A stretch of 63,183 nucleotides of DNA, filler included, from Intoshia linei (Eukaryota; Animalia; Orthonectida): assembly GCA_001642005.1 (NCBI GenBank). It is 5 parts of 5 records of this genome, joined end to end, with 100 filler letters (N's around TTAATTAATTAA, not from the genome) between each part and the next. Parts side by side here need not be neighbours in the genome. Positions count along the whole stretch, not along the records: positions 30,581 to 61,588 come from LWCA01000350.1; 4 more parts are not named here. The stretch is one strand, 5' to 3'. Positions 38,401 through 52,000 of the stretch are shown piece by piece. The notes under the pieces were generated by a model. That model was not told the origin of the DNA. It saw only the letters and a list, made by a program, of their open reading frames with translations, and did no database searches. Made by a program: the position numbers and the translations under genes. The stretch's first letter is position 1. Each line of letters starts with the position of its first letter.

Positions 38401-41400
38401 AAAAATGTTTTAAAAAGAGAGCCTCTATACATTGCTTAATTGATCGTTCATTATCTAAAATTTAAAAATAAATGTTGGAAATCGCATAGAACATTTTATT
38501 ATACGATAATTTTGGTATACTTAAACTATATTTAAACATTACCTATTAATAAATTTTAAAAGTAATCCCTCATGATTGTAGGCCCGGGCCATATGACTAC
38601 CTAGCCCTTCCACGACCTATGCAGAGATTAATTGTGTGTGTGGTTTGAATTCGCAATAATTATGATTTACATTAATTGAAATTATTTATTTATTTTACAT
38701 TAAAATAGATAAAGATGTAGTCTTTGAAACACATGAAAAAGAAAAGCAGAGCCAGTATGATAGAACAGTATTAGTCCAGCTTTATAATGTATTTTTTATT
38801 CAAACTCAATATTTTTAATTTCATAAAGTTTTATTTTCTATAGTCAGAGGTGGACTTACCGTAACCTGACAAAAGTTTTGTAAAATAAAAAAAAATTTTC
38901 CAACTTGATCATTGTTTAGTAAAAATTATTAAATTTCAATGTCACGGTTTTGGGTGACAAATTTAAATTGTCTAGTCCAAGTCCGCGAAGAAGTGTCTGG
39001 GAAGCATGGTCTATTTTTTATTTTTTGGAAATATTTCATATGCAGTGGACCATCAAATGTAACTATCTAAAAAAGCCCTTTATAAAAATTGCATGAATTT
39101 ATCCAATTTTTAAACTTCTCAAAGCTGACCACTTCAAAAATATATAGTTTTTATAATATATTAATAATAAAAATAAAATCAAATTGACCGAGATTTGAAG
39201 TATAACTACAACCGCGATTTTAATCTACTTTACAATTATATCTATAGTTCTAGAACCTAGAACAATATTTCTTAAATCAACGGTGAACCCAAAAATTTAA
39301 TGACACTTATTTTATACCGAAAAACTTTTTTTCTTTAATTTGCATCTTTTCTTTCCAAAATCTTACAATATAGTAAATATTCTCATGCTATAGTAAATTT
39401 TTGTTTACATGTTAATCAGAATCGATTACATAGACCAGAGGTCCACAACCTGCGGCCTTACGGCCGCATTCGGTCGTGAGAGCGTTTATGTGCGGCCGTG
39501 GGCAATTAATCTGATCATAATACAATATATCATTTTACTTCATATTCAAGGGAAATATTTTTGATTTTGTCCACTTTTTCAAGTTGGATTTAAACTGTCT
39601 CAAAACCAAATAAATTTTGTGCGGTCGTAGTATCAATCAGTAAAGTAACTTTGCGTCTGAAATGGATGAAAGTTTGTGCACCCCTGACATAGACACTTCA
39701 AAATTTGATTCAGATTTTTCAGAGCACATGATGCGTTTTTTTTGGTCGAAATTTGAGTTTTTTTCTGGATACAACTCATTTTATATTGAAAAACTGAAAA
39801 TAATAAAAATTTTTAAATTTTGAAAAAAATGACCAGCTTAATCTGTGGCTACTTTACTTGTATGCAGATTTTCTAGCTTATTCCAATTAAAAACGTTTGA
39901 TGGTCAGTGACTACAGATTTCTTGTATATTAAATATTATATTAATTTAGCTAATAATTATAAATTTAAACTATATTCACTATACACTATAGGAAGTACGT
40001 CAACGACGTGAAAATTTATTTGTAACTTACAAAAAAATACAGGGTAAGCTTTGTGAATATTTTTTGCGCAAAAAATCTGAAGAAGTTAAACGTTTAAACG
40101 ATACAACAGATGCAAACTATCAAACAAAGTATTATAAAACTATTGAAATGATTGATGATATAAACAACATGATTGTAACAACAAACGATAAATATAGTAT
40201 GGTAACCGATGAATGGCAAGAAAAATATAATGTCAAAGTTATCAAAGCCAATAATGTACATACTGAAATATTGGAAACCATAAAAAGTGTCGCATTGTCT
40301 ACCATAGACGATAAATTTGGTAAAAACGTCACCCTTAAAACTTTTGAAAAACCTTTTGATAATTGGAAAGTAAAACAACAACAAAAATATGTTTTGACAT
40401 TAGCAAATATAAAACTTAAAAATAAATTACAAAGTTTTGCAAATACATTAAAATCAAAGGTTTACATTTTTAAATTCAAAATACGCGTATGTTATGTAAC
40501 CAAAAATTTTAGGAGGAATTAACAGATGGATTGCATCTAATTGATTTTGAACAATTAAAAATTGAAAATCAGACATACAATGAAAAAATTGAAGAACGTC
40601 ATGTGGTAATAAATAAAACGTGATATAAACAGAATAATTTTAGTTTACTTTAATTTTAATTTAATGTATTAATGCAGCGTTTCTCAAAAGCCGTTTCGCG
40701 GATCAGTACTGGTCTGTGAAAATTAAGCAAGATTTTTCTACAAAGTTTTTTAACATAATATATAGTTTAATACATTTGGTAAAAAATCTCTTTTTAATTT
40801 AAATTGTTGGTAAATTAACAATATTGGTCAATTTTGTATGATCCATCTGCCTTTTTAAAATTCTGGTAAACACTAAAAATGACTCACTACCAAAAAATGG
40901 CAAAATTTTTAATATTGTAGTATACTCAAAAGACGTTTGAAAAATTATATTTTAAACTCAATTTTTTAGGAATTATTGAAATTGCGGAAAAAAATTACAG
41001 ATACAGTTCAAATAATATCACATACCAAAGAACGATTAAACTTTACAAATATAAAAAATTCCTTAAACCGTGAAGAATTTTTAGAATTGGAAAAGTGTTT
41101 ATTTATAAAAAGAGATGACATTACAAAACTTAAACAAGAACGCGATTATTTGAGAATTGAAAACCAGAATTTAATGGAAAATAGCGGATTGCTGGGTAAA
41201 ACTTCATTATTAAAAGATTATGAAAATCGTTACGATGAAAAAGAAAATTTGGAAAATGAATTGGAATTGCTCAAAAAGGAACATGAGAGGTTACTTTTTG
41301 AATTTGAGTGTCTAAAGAAAAAAAGTAATTGCGAAAAATCCAAAAATGATGTCATCACGAAAGCAGATGGTGTTTCAGCAAATACTCCTAATAATTCTCA

Positions 41401-41416
41401 TTATACTCTATTATAA
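35411..41416 (+). CDS. CCDC96: Coiled-coil domain-containing protein 96 (CFAP184, DUF4201) with long acidic N-terminus
   Basis: Exons ~35411-35618, 36343-36951, 38709-38788, 39992-40459, 40513-40605 and 40970-41416. Contains EELTDGLHLIDFEQLKIENQTYNEKIEER..ELLKLRKKIT.TVQI.SH.KE.L, characteristic of DUF4201/CCDC96. Confidence 0.88.
35667..35910. repeat. Dispersed element with internal ~29-bp tandem repeats
   Basis: About six units resembling AAAATCCACTTTTACCAACCCTTAAGGGA, closed by an inverted tail. Related arrays at ~31600-31760, ~59140-59310 (inverted) and short pieces at ~46160 and ~49735. Confidence 0.7.
37344..38110 (+). mobile_element. Helitron-like copy in CCDC96 intron
   Basis: TCTTACTTATATAAA followed by (GTTT)n, typical of invertebrate Helitron 5' ends, plus internal blocks shared with the family. 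Confidence 0.6.
39436..39686. mobile_element. hAT MITE
   Basis: CAGAGGTCCACAAC ... GTTTGTGCACCCCTG with a perfect TSD ACATAGAC. Partial relatives at ~31217-31290, ~32020-32067, ~34160 and ~61690. Confidence 0.88.
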
Positions 41417-43919
41417 GTTTTTTGGCATTTATGATTAAAATCTTTAAAATGTACTTATAAAAATTATATGAAATACACTTCATAGCTATTTTTTATTGAT
41501 TAGATTAGTAATTGTCGATTTTTGGGTAACTTTTAGTGTATAAGTGTAGATTTCATGTTTAATTTCAAAATATTATGCATATATTTACAATATATACTCA
41601 TATTATTTGAAATTGGATCCATTAAAGAATCTATGTTATGAATTATCTTTGAAATTGCATCAAATCCGACTAAATTTAAGTATTCATTAATACAAAGTTT
41701 ATTTTTTTTAAATTATAATGGAAGCATTTTAAGATTTTTTATAGAAATTTCGTCTGGCAATCGTCAATTTTAAGTGATAGAGCAAGGGTTTCCAACCATT
41801 TTTTTAAAAGGCTCACATTTAATGTACAAAATCTAACCTCATCACACAAAATTCTCATCTCCTAGATTTTTTTAATTACGTTTTAAAATAAATAATTTTT
41901 TTTTAACTTATTTTTATATTGGATTTCGAATGGCCATTGCCATATATCTATTTTTTCAATTTTAATTCCATTCGAAAAATTGATATAATAGATGACGGGA
42001 GAAATAATAATATACGCTTAATACAATTTACAATATATAAAGTAACATTAGTTTACAATGTTCAATGGAGATTATTCAAATAAAGTAACATTTTTGACTT
42101 ACTAGGCTTTAATATATCGGATGAGATGGATCAAAACTCCCATCATAATGATTATTCCTATTAGAAAAGGCATTCCAACTCCAAGAATAATGCCATACAA
42201 TTTTATTGTTTTAGCTTCCGCAATATAAATCATTTCTTTGTCTTTTAAGCAATTAACAACTATTTTTTATAAATCAAATATCATAAAGACTACCTATTTT
42301 ATCGAATCCACCGACCCAATTTATACTATAACTTTGTAAAGTTACATCAAAATCACTTTTATCCGTCAATCGAAATGTAAACGTTTCTGAAGTCGAACAT
42401 CTCAACATGTGTGTGTGTTTCAGTGGTGGCATACGCGGATTTTGTAGAGTGCAACTTGTACTGGATCTATAATTTGTAGAAATATCATAGAAAAAATTAC
42501 CCACCATTACACATCTCTAAATATACAATATATTGGTACTCCAATTCTTTTTCTCGGTGACTGAAATGTGAACGTGATTGATCAGCGTTCTTTTCTCTGG
42601 AAAAACTTAGATAAACTGATATGTTATCGTGCGTATCAATCAAAAATTTTTGATCTCTTTTAATTTCTGACAAAGGGTGTCTTTCCTCTAATTCAATTTC
42701 TTTTATCACGTTATTAACCCCCTAAATATTAAAAATAGAAATTATATAATAAATGTACTATATAATTTATATATAATATAATAAATTTCGGCTGAGGCTT
42801 ATATTCATCATTTCACATTAGAAAGTTAACACTTGGATTAATTTCGATGTGTATGAAGATGGGTTTTCTGCTATATTTATGCTAGATTCAGAATACTCAG
42901 TTTATAATGTTTGTCAATTTCGCCATAAATGTACATTGTACAATCTTTAGACATCGCTTTTATTTTGTCCCTAATTCAGTGTTTCTCAACCGTGGGCAAG
43001 CCCCACTGGTGGGGTATGATGAAATTTTTGGTGGAACCTGGAAAATATTACGAATTGACAGTATTATTAAAATTAGATTAATTTAACAATAATTAATTTT
43101 TTTAATCTGTGGGTTGATCAAAAAAGGTTGATCATGTCTGCTTTAAACCATCGTTCAATTTATAGAGATTTTACATATCATTTTTAATTTTACTCACCAT
43201 TAAAAGCTGGAAAAGTAGCGGTCAAATTAAAATCTGTATATACAACTTATTAATATAATTCAAACTTACAAAATACAAACAATATTAGCAGAGCCGATCC
43301 ACTCAGCTCAAGACCACCGAAAATGAAAAATAAGCAACTAAAAATTTTTTAAAAACGTTGCGTAGTGTTACATAGCCCTAGTCATTTAATGTATTATTTT
43401 ATTTATAACATCTCTAATACTCTTGACTTGAAATTTTAAATGGATTTGCATTCTGTTATTTAGCTGAATGCTGGTTTTAGACTACTTATTGATGTTTTAG
43501 ATCTAAAAACTGTTTGTACGAACAAAAATCAGAAATAGACTCCAAATTTCAAAACGAGAAGCTATACGATTAAAGCTTACAACATTAGAACCTAATACTA
43601 AGAAAAACTGTAAGAATCTTCAGGCTCAATCATCTTATTTAAAAAATTAACAGTCTTAAAATTTAAAAAACCCAATTTCTAATACAGTTTTTCAATAATG
43701 ACACATTATGGCAAATTTCATGTTCAGCAATATAGTGTTTCAGAGTTAAAAACCCAATTGCCCCTTTTTTTTAAAAATAAAATCATCAGTTCTAAAATTT
43801 CAAAAAACAAAAATCTGGATTTTCACAATTAAAACCAATATTAGCCTTTTTTAGAAAACAAATAAGTGCTTATACGATTTTAAAAAATAAATCTCATACA
43901 GTTAACATTTACATTTGTA

Positions 43920-44690
43920 CTTACTTTACTTATATAAAAATGAATGTCTGTGTGTGTAACCATTTATTGAAAAAATTGACAGTCGCAGGATTTAAAAAAA
44001 TCCATTTTCTAATACAGCTTTTCACAGGACGAGTTTTTATCTAATTTTCAGATTCAGAATTTGAGTCGTTCAGGGTAAAAAACCAAATTTTACCTTTTGT
44101 TTTAAAAATGAAACATGTCCTAAAATTTTTTTAAACATAAATTCTTGAATATAGTTTTTAAAATCATAAACATTATCATAAATGGTAACCTCAAAAAAAA
44201 TCATTTTCACGATCAAAATCCGACATTACCATTTAAAATGAAAACAGTCCTAAAATTTAAAAAAAATTTGCAGATGGTACAGTTGTATCCTGTTAAGACA
44301 CACAAAAAAATTCAATCTGAATAAGTGACGCTTTCACGGTCAAAAAAGTACTTTAATATTCGTTTTTTATTTCGAAACTGTTATTACAACAAACAATTTG
44401 AAATAATTAATGGTCCGACAATTAAAAAAAAAAATTATTCTGATAGAGCTTATTCCATTTAAAATAATTACAAAATTTCAACTCAAGAAGTCTATGCATC
44501 CCCGGTGAAAAATAATTTTTAATATATTATCAACCAATATTTTTCAAATGTTGGATTACAATTATTAATAAAAAATTAAAATAATCATCCTATAATTTCA
44601 AAAAAAAATTTGCATTGAACGTTTACACATTCCCAACAAATAAATATGGTTGAAAAAATATATAATGGATTTCTTCTTAATAAATAAAGT
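43920..44690 (+). mobile_element. Helitron-like family copy
   Basis: CTTTACTTATATAAAAATGAATGTCTGTGTGTG start. Long similarity to 47280-47700. Confidence 0.6.
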
Positions 44691-44912
44691 GTTTTTTTCA
44701 TTGCTACCCTATTTTTAATTTTTAAAAAATTTAAAATCACTTTGTACCAAATTTTAATCTTAAACTACAACAAAGTAAAGTGGTTCATCGGCATATGTAA
44801 TTTTTTTTGTAGGTAAACTAATTAAATTGATAAGTGTGGGATTTTTTGAAGAGTGAAAGTGGGGCTTAACATAAAGAAGCTAATATTATCCGATAAGCTA
44901 ATTAGTTTAGAG

Positions 44913-45360
44913 CAGTGATTCCCAACGTGGGGTGTGCGGCCCACCAGTGGGTCATAGAAAATTTGAGTGGGCTTGTGAAATTTGTCAAGAAATCAAGATA
45001 ATCTAAACTTTGATAAATCTCATATTTTTTGCGAACAAATTCACTCGGCTTACCATAGAAAACTGGTTTATTGGTTTTATTGGTTAAAGAGGTGTGAGGT
45101 AACTGATGCTGATATACTTATAATAGTTGATCATTTGAAATTATTAGCTTCTGATTTCAAATCAAGATTTTCTGATTTAAAAAATATTAATTTCTATGGA
45201 CGATGCATCCAATGCTAGCGGATGTATGTGATATCTCGACGCAATATCAAGAAGAAATCTCGGAAATGCAAAGCGATGAGTCAATAAAATTAATGTTCAA
45301 CATAAAATGAGTTATGTCATGACTTTGTGATGAGACAGAAACATGAGTTATGTTACATTT
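44913..45360 (+). mobile_element. hAT (Buster/Charlie-like) internally deleted element with transposase remnant
   Basis: CAGTGATTCCCAAC terminus preceded by TTTAGAG. Translated remnant DHLKLLASDFKSRFSDL...QYQEEISEMQSDESIK. Confidence 0.7.
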
Positions 45361-46721
45361 CCAACTTTACCTATCAATACATTAGAAAAGTAGGCATCTC
45401 ATGGTTGTAGGCTTGGGCCATATGGGCCGTAGCCCCTATCAACGGTCCTGGTTCTGTGTAAAGAACAAAGTGGTTTTATGTATTTTAAAAAATTACATCA
45501 TAGTAACTAAATGTTACATTGACCATAATTAGATTCTTGTATACTATATTACATAATTATTAAAAAATTAATATATAAAACAATCACTCACGTTTATAAC
45601 ACGGTTCATCGTAACTGTCAACATTCTCGCCTAGGTATTCATCCACACAAATACATTTATTATTCAAACACTGTCGGTATTCGCCACTGCATTTCCCGTT
45701 TACACATACTTTAGAATGTAAAAAATATATTTGCTGAAATTACCTGATAAATTATAATTTATACTTAAAAATAAAATTGTCACTATAAAAAAGTACATTT
45801 TAAATTGTGATTACGTGAAAATAGTATGTTAATTAAATATTTGATCAAGTCTTCAAATTGATATGTTTATGTCAGGTTTCGAATAGAACCTTTTAATTTT
45901 TTTGTGGTTCCATTTTAAAATCTACGAATATAATGGAACACGACAATTATTATTATATTTACATACTTAGAATGTATTATTTAAATAGGGGAAATCTAAA
46001 TATAATGAGTTTTTTGGGACGAGGTTGTAGGAATTGATCCAAATACTGTATATGAAATATCGATATTTATTGAGAAATTCATCTAATAAATATTTGAATG
46101 GGGTCTGAACGCATTGTCATGCACTGCAAAACATTTTATTATTTTTGTTGTTTTTTTCTCGTAAGGTTTGGTAAAATCAGATTTTTCCCAAAGGGTTTTA
46201 AATGGTATGGCAAAAGTATATTAAGTAATTGAAATAATAATGTAGCGATCGTCTAGGGCCTAGACTCTAGGCTTTGGAAAAATCACAAGTTGTGATCCAT
46301 AACAATTGCCAACTCTGGAATCAGATTATCTGATTTCGCATTTGTCAATAAAACGAAAATAAAGATGATAAAAACAATGGTAATTGATTTAACAGCTGCT
46401 TCTTAGTAATTAGAAAAATGTAAAGTTTTGTTAATTCACGTTTTCCTTTATCATTCAATTTTATGTACAATTCAATTAAAATTTAGACTAATAATTAGCA
46501 TCAATTAACCAAAGCATACTATTTTCAAGTAAATAATGCGCTGTATCAATATTGTATAAATAAATACAATATTTTATCATTGAATAGTTGTGAAATATTA
46601 GCGCGTTGTGATAACAACTTTACAACAAATATATAAAAAACTTATTTTTTATATTCAAAAATATGTTTGAATTTAACTTTTGAAACTATGAAATGATTTC
46701 CATCAAACCTTGATATAAACA

Positions 46722-49013
46722 ATGTTTGATAATGACTACTTATCCGGAACCGAAGCGGACATAATTAAACGTCGAGTAGCCATTATGGGCAGCCAAGCTA
46801 GTGGTAAATTTATGCTTTCATTTTTATTTATTTTTTTAGGAAAATCATCTTTATCTTCTCGATTTTTTCATATGAAATATGATGATAATTACATTCCTAC
46901 TATTGATAATGGTAATTGGTTAGACTGCTAACATTTACGTAATTTGAAATTGTAGTGCCTCATTTTTATTTCATTTATAAATTTAAAATATTATATTTAA
47001 TCTAATGTATAAAAATGACATCCTTACTTATATAAATGCTTTGCAATATTTGTTTATCTGTTTTTATGTTGCCGTTTATTTCAATAACTACCAATCTTAG
47101 AATTTTATAAAATCCACATTTCAATTAAAGTTTTCTTCGGGGTGTCAACAGAATAAATTCCAACCTCACATCTTACCGGTCAAAAAGTTCAATTGTTTTT
47201 TTTTTGAAAATTAACCGATTTAGATAATTAAAAATTTTAAACATTATCATAAATTTAAATTTAAAAAAACTATATTTTCAGGGCCAAAACCCTAAAGATC
47301 CTTTTTTATTCTTGAAAACAGCCCTAAAATTTAAAAAATTTTACAGATGGTACATTTGTATCCTATTAACACACAAAATTTCAATCTGAATAAGTGACGC
47401 CTTCACGATCAAAAAAGCATTTTAGTATTCATATATTTTTTTTCCGAAATATTTTATTAACAAAAAAAAATTATTTTGATAGAGCTTATTCCAGTTGATA
47501 TAAATACAAAATTTCAACCCCAGAAATCTACGCATTCCCGGTAAAAAATAATTTTTAATATATTATCAACCAATATTTTTCAAATATTTCGATTAAAATA
47601 AATATTGATCCTACAATTTCAAAAAAATGTATATTAAACGTCTACACATTTCCAATAAAGAAATATGGGTGAAAATCTATATAATTCATTTCTTCGCAAT
47701 TTTTCAATCTCCGATTCATTCAGATTCCTTTAATTATTGATTTGTTTAAGTATTTATTGTAAATTGGTACTGAATATATATTATCACATTGAAAATGATA
47801 AAATAGGTTTATATAATTTTATTTTTTTTGGAATTTATGGTATTTATGACAATTTTTAGGATTGGACTGTTTACTTTATTTTTAATATTATACACGGTTC
47901 TGTCTAATAAATTAAAAAATATTAAATGTATAACAATTTTTTTAAAATTCTTTACGCAAATGTTAACAAAAAAATTAACATGGAATAATTCACTTTAAAG
48001 TAAAAAGTAATGTGATATGATGGTTCCACCTGAAACAAAATTTGGGACCACTCTTTTAAAAGATTGATAATATTGAATAGTAGGATTTTTAAGTTAGATT
48101 TTCAACGTGAATTTATTTTTTTGGTAGAATAAAATGTGCTCTCAACAGAGCTAGGTGCTGTTTGTACGTAGTACATAACAGTCAACCTAGTTGTCAATAA
48201 TATACTTTTAACCATAAACGTTAATTTCGTACATTAATTTTTTTTTCAAAAATTCCAGTTTAAGATTTTGGACTTGATTATGAAATAATTTTTGAACTTT
48301 AATAATAAACTGAAATATTAAATAATCAAATTTTATATTTGTAGACAATATAAATTTTTAGTATGGCAAAAAACTTTTACTTTGGATGGTGATAATTACT
48401 CTCTCAAAGTTTTTGACAATTTGGGTCAAGTAATTCTCTTATCAACAAAATATTTTTTAATTGTAGGATGAATTTGCATTCTGTCCTGAATTTTACTCGT
48501 ATCAGGTGGATGGGTTTATTGTAGTGTACAGTATGGATTCTATGAAAAGGTTTACATTTTAATAAAACGGTTTATAATGTTGAAAAAATCTTCGAATCAA
48601 CTTTTTATTGAAAACTGGAATCTATTTCCCGATTAAGATTCGAAGAGTTCAATAATTTTTTTTTTTTTTCAAAATAAAATATACTGGACTAATTAATAGT
48701 TAATTTAAAACTTAGTTTCGAAATATGTAAATCCTTGCTGAAATCAATTATCAGAGTAATGGGGACAAAAGAAGTTCCTTTAGTTTTAGTAGCCAACAAA
48801 AGCGACGTAAACGGTAAAGTCAAAGTACCTAAACCTCTAGGTTTAAATTTGGCAAAAATCTACAATGCTTATTATATAGAATCTTCAGCTAAAGTAGATA
48901 AAAATGTAAAGGAAATTTTTTACAACATGATGTACCAAATTAACAAAATCCACCAATTTACTTCAAAAATAACTACTGACCAGACCAGATCCAATAAATG
49001 TACAATTTGTTAA
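46722..49013 (+). CDS. RHEB: Ras-family small GTPase, Rheb-like (divergent)
   Basis: Exons 46722-46803, 46840-46911, 48362-48429, 48467-48549 and 48716-49013. G boxes: RRVAIMGSQASGKSSL, YIPTIDN, DNLGQDEF, LVANKSD, ESSAK. CAAX is CTIC. The PTI.N effector motif and intron placement are Rheb-like. Confidence 0.78.
47021..48190 (+). mobile_element. Apparently full-length non-autonomous Helitron-like element (1170 bp) in Rheb intron 2
   Basis: Inserted as A|TC...CTAG|T with no TSD. The 3' end GAGCTAGGTG..GTACGTAGTACATAACAGTCAACCTAG recurs at ~52590, ~58710 (inverted) and ~62830 (inverted). Confidence 0.72.
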
Positions 49014-49044
49014 TATTTTATAACTTTATTGTAATGTACAAATT

Positions 49045-52000
49045 TCAATTAAATTTTTCAATTTCATTTGATAGATCCGTCATAGCAGATTGGTAATCAT
49101 ATTTAACAATTGATGTTCCACAAACAAACATTTGTACTCCAGCCTACGAGAAAATGAACATTATAATTATAACGTTTAGTTTTATTTGATAATATAAAAG
49201 AAAAAAAAATTAATTAATATAAATACCTTATAAGAAATTCCGATATTTGAAACATTTATTCCGCCGTCAATTTGAATTGTGAAATTTGGAAAATGTGTTT
49301 TTATATAAATTACTTTTTCTAAAACTTTTTCCATGAAACTTTGACCACCGAATCCAGGTTCCACGCTCATAATTAAAATGACCTGCACTAAATTTGTACA
49401 CATTTTCAATAAAATGTCGTCAATGTTAGTGTTGGGTTTAAACGCTATTCCGACCTAAACGTTTAAAGTTACATAAAGTTTTTTACCTCCATTTCCTCTG
49501 AAGTCACTTTGTTGATGCAATTTATAATTTCTTGGTTTGTTTTAAAAGCTTCCACATGAAAAACAAATAAATTTGTTTTACAATCTGATAGTGGCTTTAT
49601 CCACTAAATTTTTAATAAAGGTATTAGCTTTTAGTTTTTTCAAAAACTGGTTCGTTTTGAGTAATTTTGGGGACATAATGTGAAAATACCAGTTAAAAAT
49701 GAGAATATTCTTAAATTCAACAATTTTTAATCAAAATTTACCAACCCTCAAGGGAAAATCCATAACTGTATATTACACTAGACAACACTGAAAAATACAT
49801 CTGCATAAAAATAATACCATCTTGTGGATAATCTAGCGCTGATTTTAATGATATAGTATATTTATAAGTTTTAGTTCATATAATCCATTTATTAACACTT
49901 TTAATGTTAAAAAAAACAAAGTTTCACTTCAATTCAAAAATTGACCAATTATATTATTCAAAATAATGTTTACTTTAAAAAAGGTAAATTTTTTTAGTTT
50001 GAATATTTATTTATTTATTAATTTAAAATGCATGTCTACGAAATAAACGAAACATATTATTGCTTTTGATGTGGTATATATTTGCCAAACACTAAAAAAT
50101 GTTACTATAACTGATAAATGTAAAAATTTGATAATGTAAATATACAGTTTAATATACGAGAATCAACTTTGAAATCCCTCAAATCTATACCAAACGTGAC
50201 ATTCGTCTATAATGAGATTTGTGACACCTAGAATATGGAAACATTCAGAAAGTGCGAATGACTGCTATTTCTGTATTCTGAAAAGAAGAAAACAAACAAA
50301 TAAATTAAGTCTTTACTCTTATTCGGTCATCAAAAATTCAACTATATAGAATTCCAATGGAAGTATATAATTTAGTTTCATCATCCCAGCCATTATCATC
50401 TCAAGAAACAGTTTTTCAATGTATACTGAGCAATGTCCAAATTAAATTTATTAAAATATTTTTTTTAAATATCAATAACAAAAAAATCGAACTAAATATT
50501 TTCCGAAAATCTGGATTTAGACACTAGAATGTATTGTTAAAAGGTTCATTATAGCTCATATCAGATGTTCATCCGGTTAAAGCGCCTGTCGTCAGTTAAA
50601 TTTTTGTACACCTGTAATTTATTTAATATTCATTTCTTTTTAATTTAAATGTGATCATCTCATTATATACTATAATTAAATTGAAAATTAATTGAAATAG
50701 CTTAGTTGCTATGATGTTGTCAATCATTATCTTTTGATAGCGAATTGTAAAATTAAAAAGAGAAGTATCATGTTGATCAGGAAAATTTCAGCTTTTTATT
50801 TGTATGGGTGTCATGCAGATCCTCGAAAAAAGTTTTCATTTTGTTGTCTAGTGTTATAGAAAATTTATTAATTATATTTTTTAGTTTTACTAAAAAATAC
50901 CAGTATTTATTGGTTTAAAATCAAAATAACTGATTCTTCAAATTTAAATGCTGACCAAAAGGAAATACGATATTGTGCTGTATTTAAACACAAAATAATG
51001 TTTGATTTAAAAAAATTTCTAAAAAAGTGTTTTTAACAATTTTTATTCCACTTATAATTATAATTACTGATTATAAGTCTATTAAGTGTAGCTGCAAAGT
51101 GTTTTTTAAGAAAAAATGATACCACGTTTCTATGAAAAATCCTTATGAAAAAAGGTTGCATCTCATTGATTTGCCGTTGATGCAAATAAAAATGTTAAAT
51201 TTATAAAACTATATGTACTAACAAAAAAAGGAATATACTCCAAATTTGAAAACGAGATCTACGTTTAAAGCTTACAACATTAGAGCCTAATATTAAGAAA
51301 ATCTGTAAGAATCTTCAGGTCAATCATCTCATTAATTCTAAAAAATAAATAAATTATTATTATTTTTATCACTACATTGTATTTTGTAATAATTCGCTCG
51401 AATTTCGACAATAAATTGTAATTTATTAAAAAATAATTATAATCAGTGGTGGCTCGTCATAGAGGGCTGTAGGTGTGTAGGCCCTACTCACTGAAATTCA
51501 CAATTCAACGGTGTAATAGCTATATTAAAATTCCGATACATTATACATGATTTATATTGACAATTTTAACGACACTGTCACTGAAGGAGTTTGTGACATC
51601 AAAAAACCATCGAATGGAATTTTTTAAAATAATATCTATTTCTTTTTGCAGCCCACCAATTATTTTATCTATGAGCCGCCACTGATTATAATTATAATAG
51701 TAAATAATTGAATTAATCATACATTTTTGTGAATGAACTGTTGTATCAACCCCAAAAAATTTGGCCATTAGATTAATAATTGGTGCAAATTTTTTTTCAG
51801 TAAGCCTAAGATTTTTTAAGAGTGAAGGTGTTTTCAATAGGGTTTAGATCAGGGGAGAACACTGGCCACTGTAAAACGTTAACCCTATAATAAATATAAC
51901 ATAACTGTAACATAAAAATGTAAATGTCGTTTAATATATTTGTTCACAGTTGGGAAAAGAGCCAAACCTACCAAACTCAAAGCAACAGAAAATTAAAATA

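Larger units (their letters stand above)
42104..45798 (-). pseudogene. Probably degraded cell-surface protein gene (signal peptide, EGF-like module, C-terminal TM)
   Basis: MYFFIVTILFLSINYNLS + 35-bp intron + VCVNGKCSGEYRQCLNNKCICVDEYLG...PCYK (to 45592). Region 42105-42721 has coding-like frames broken by frameshifts and stops, ending in the hydrophobic LYGIILGVGMPFLIGIIIMM. Linkage of the pieces is uncertain. Confidence 0.4.
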
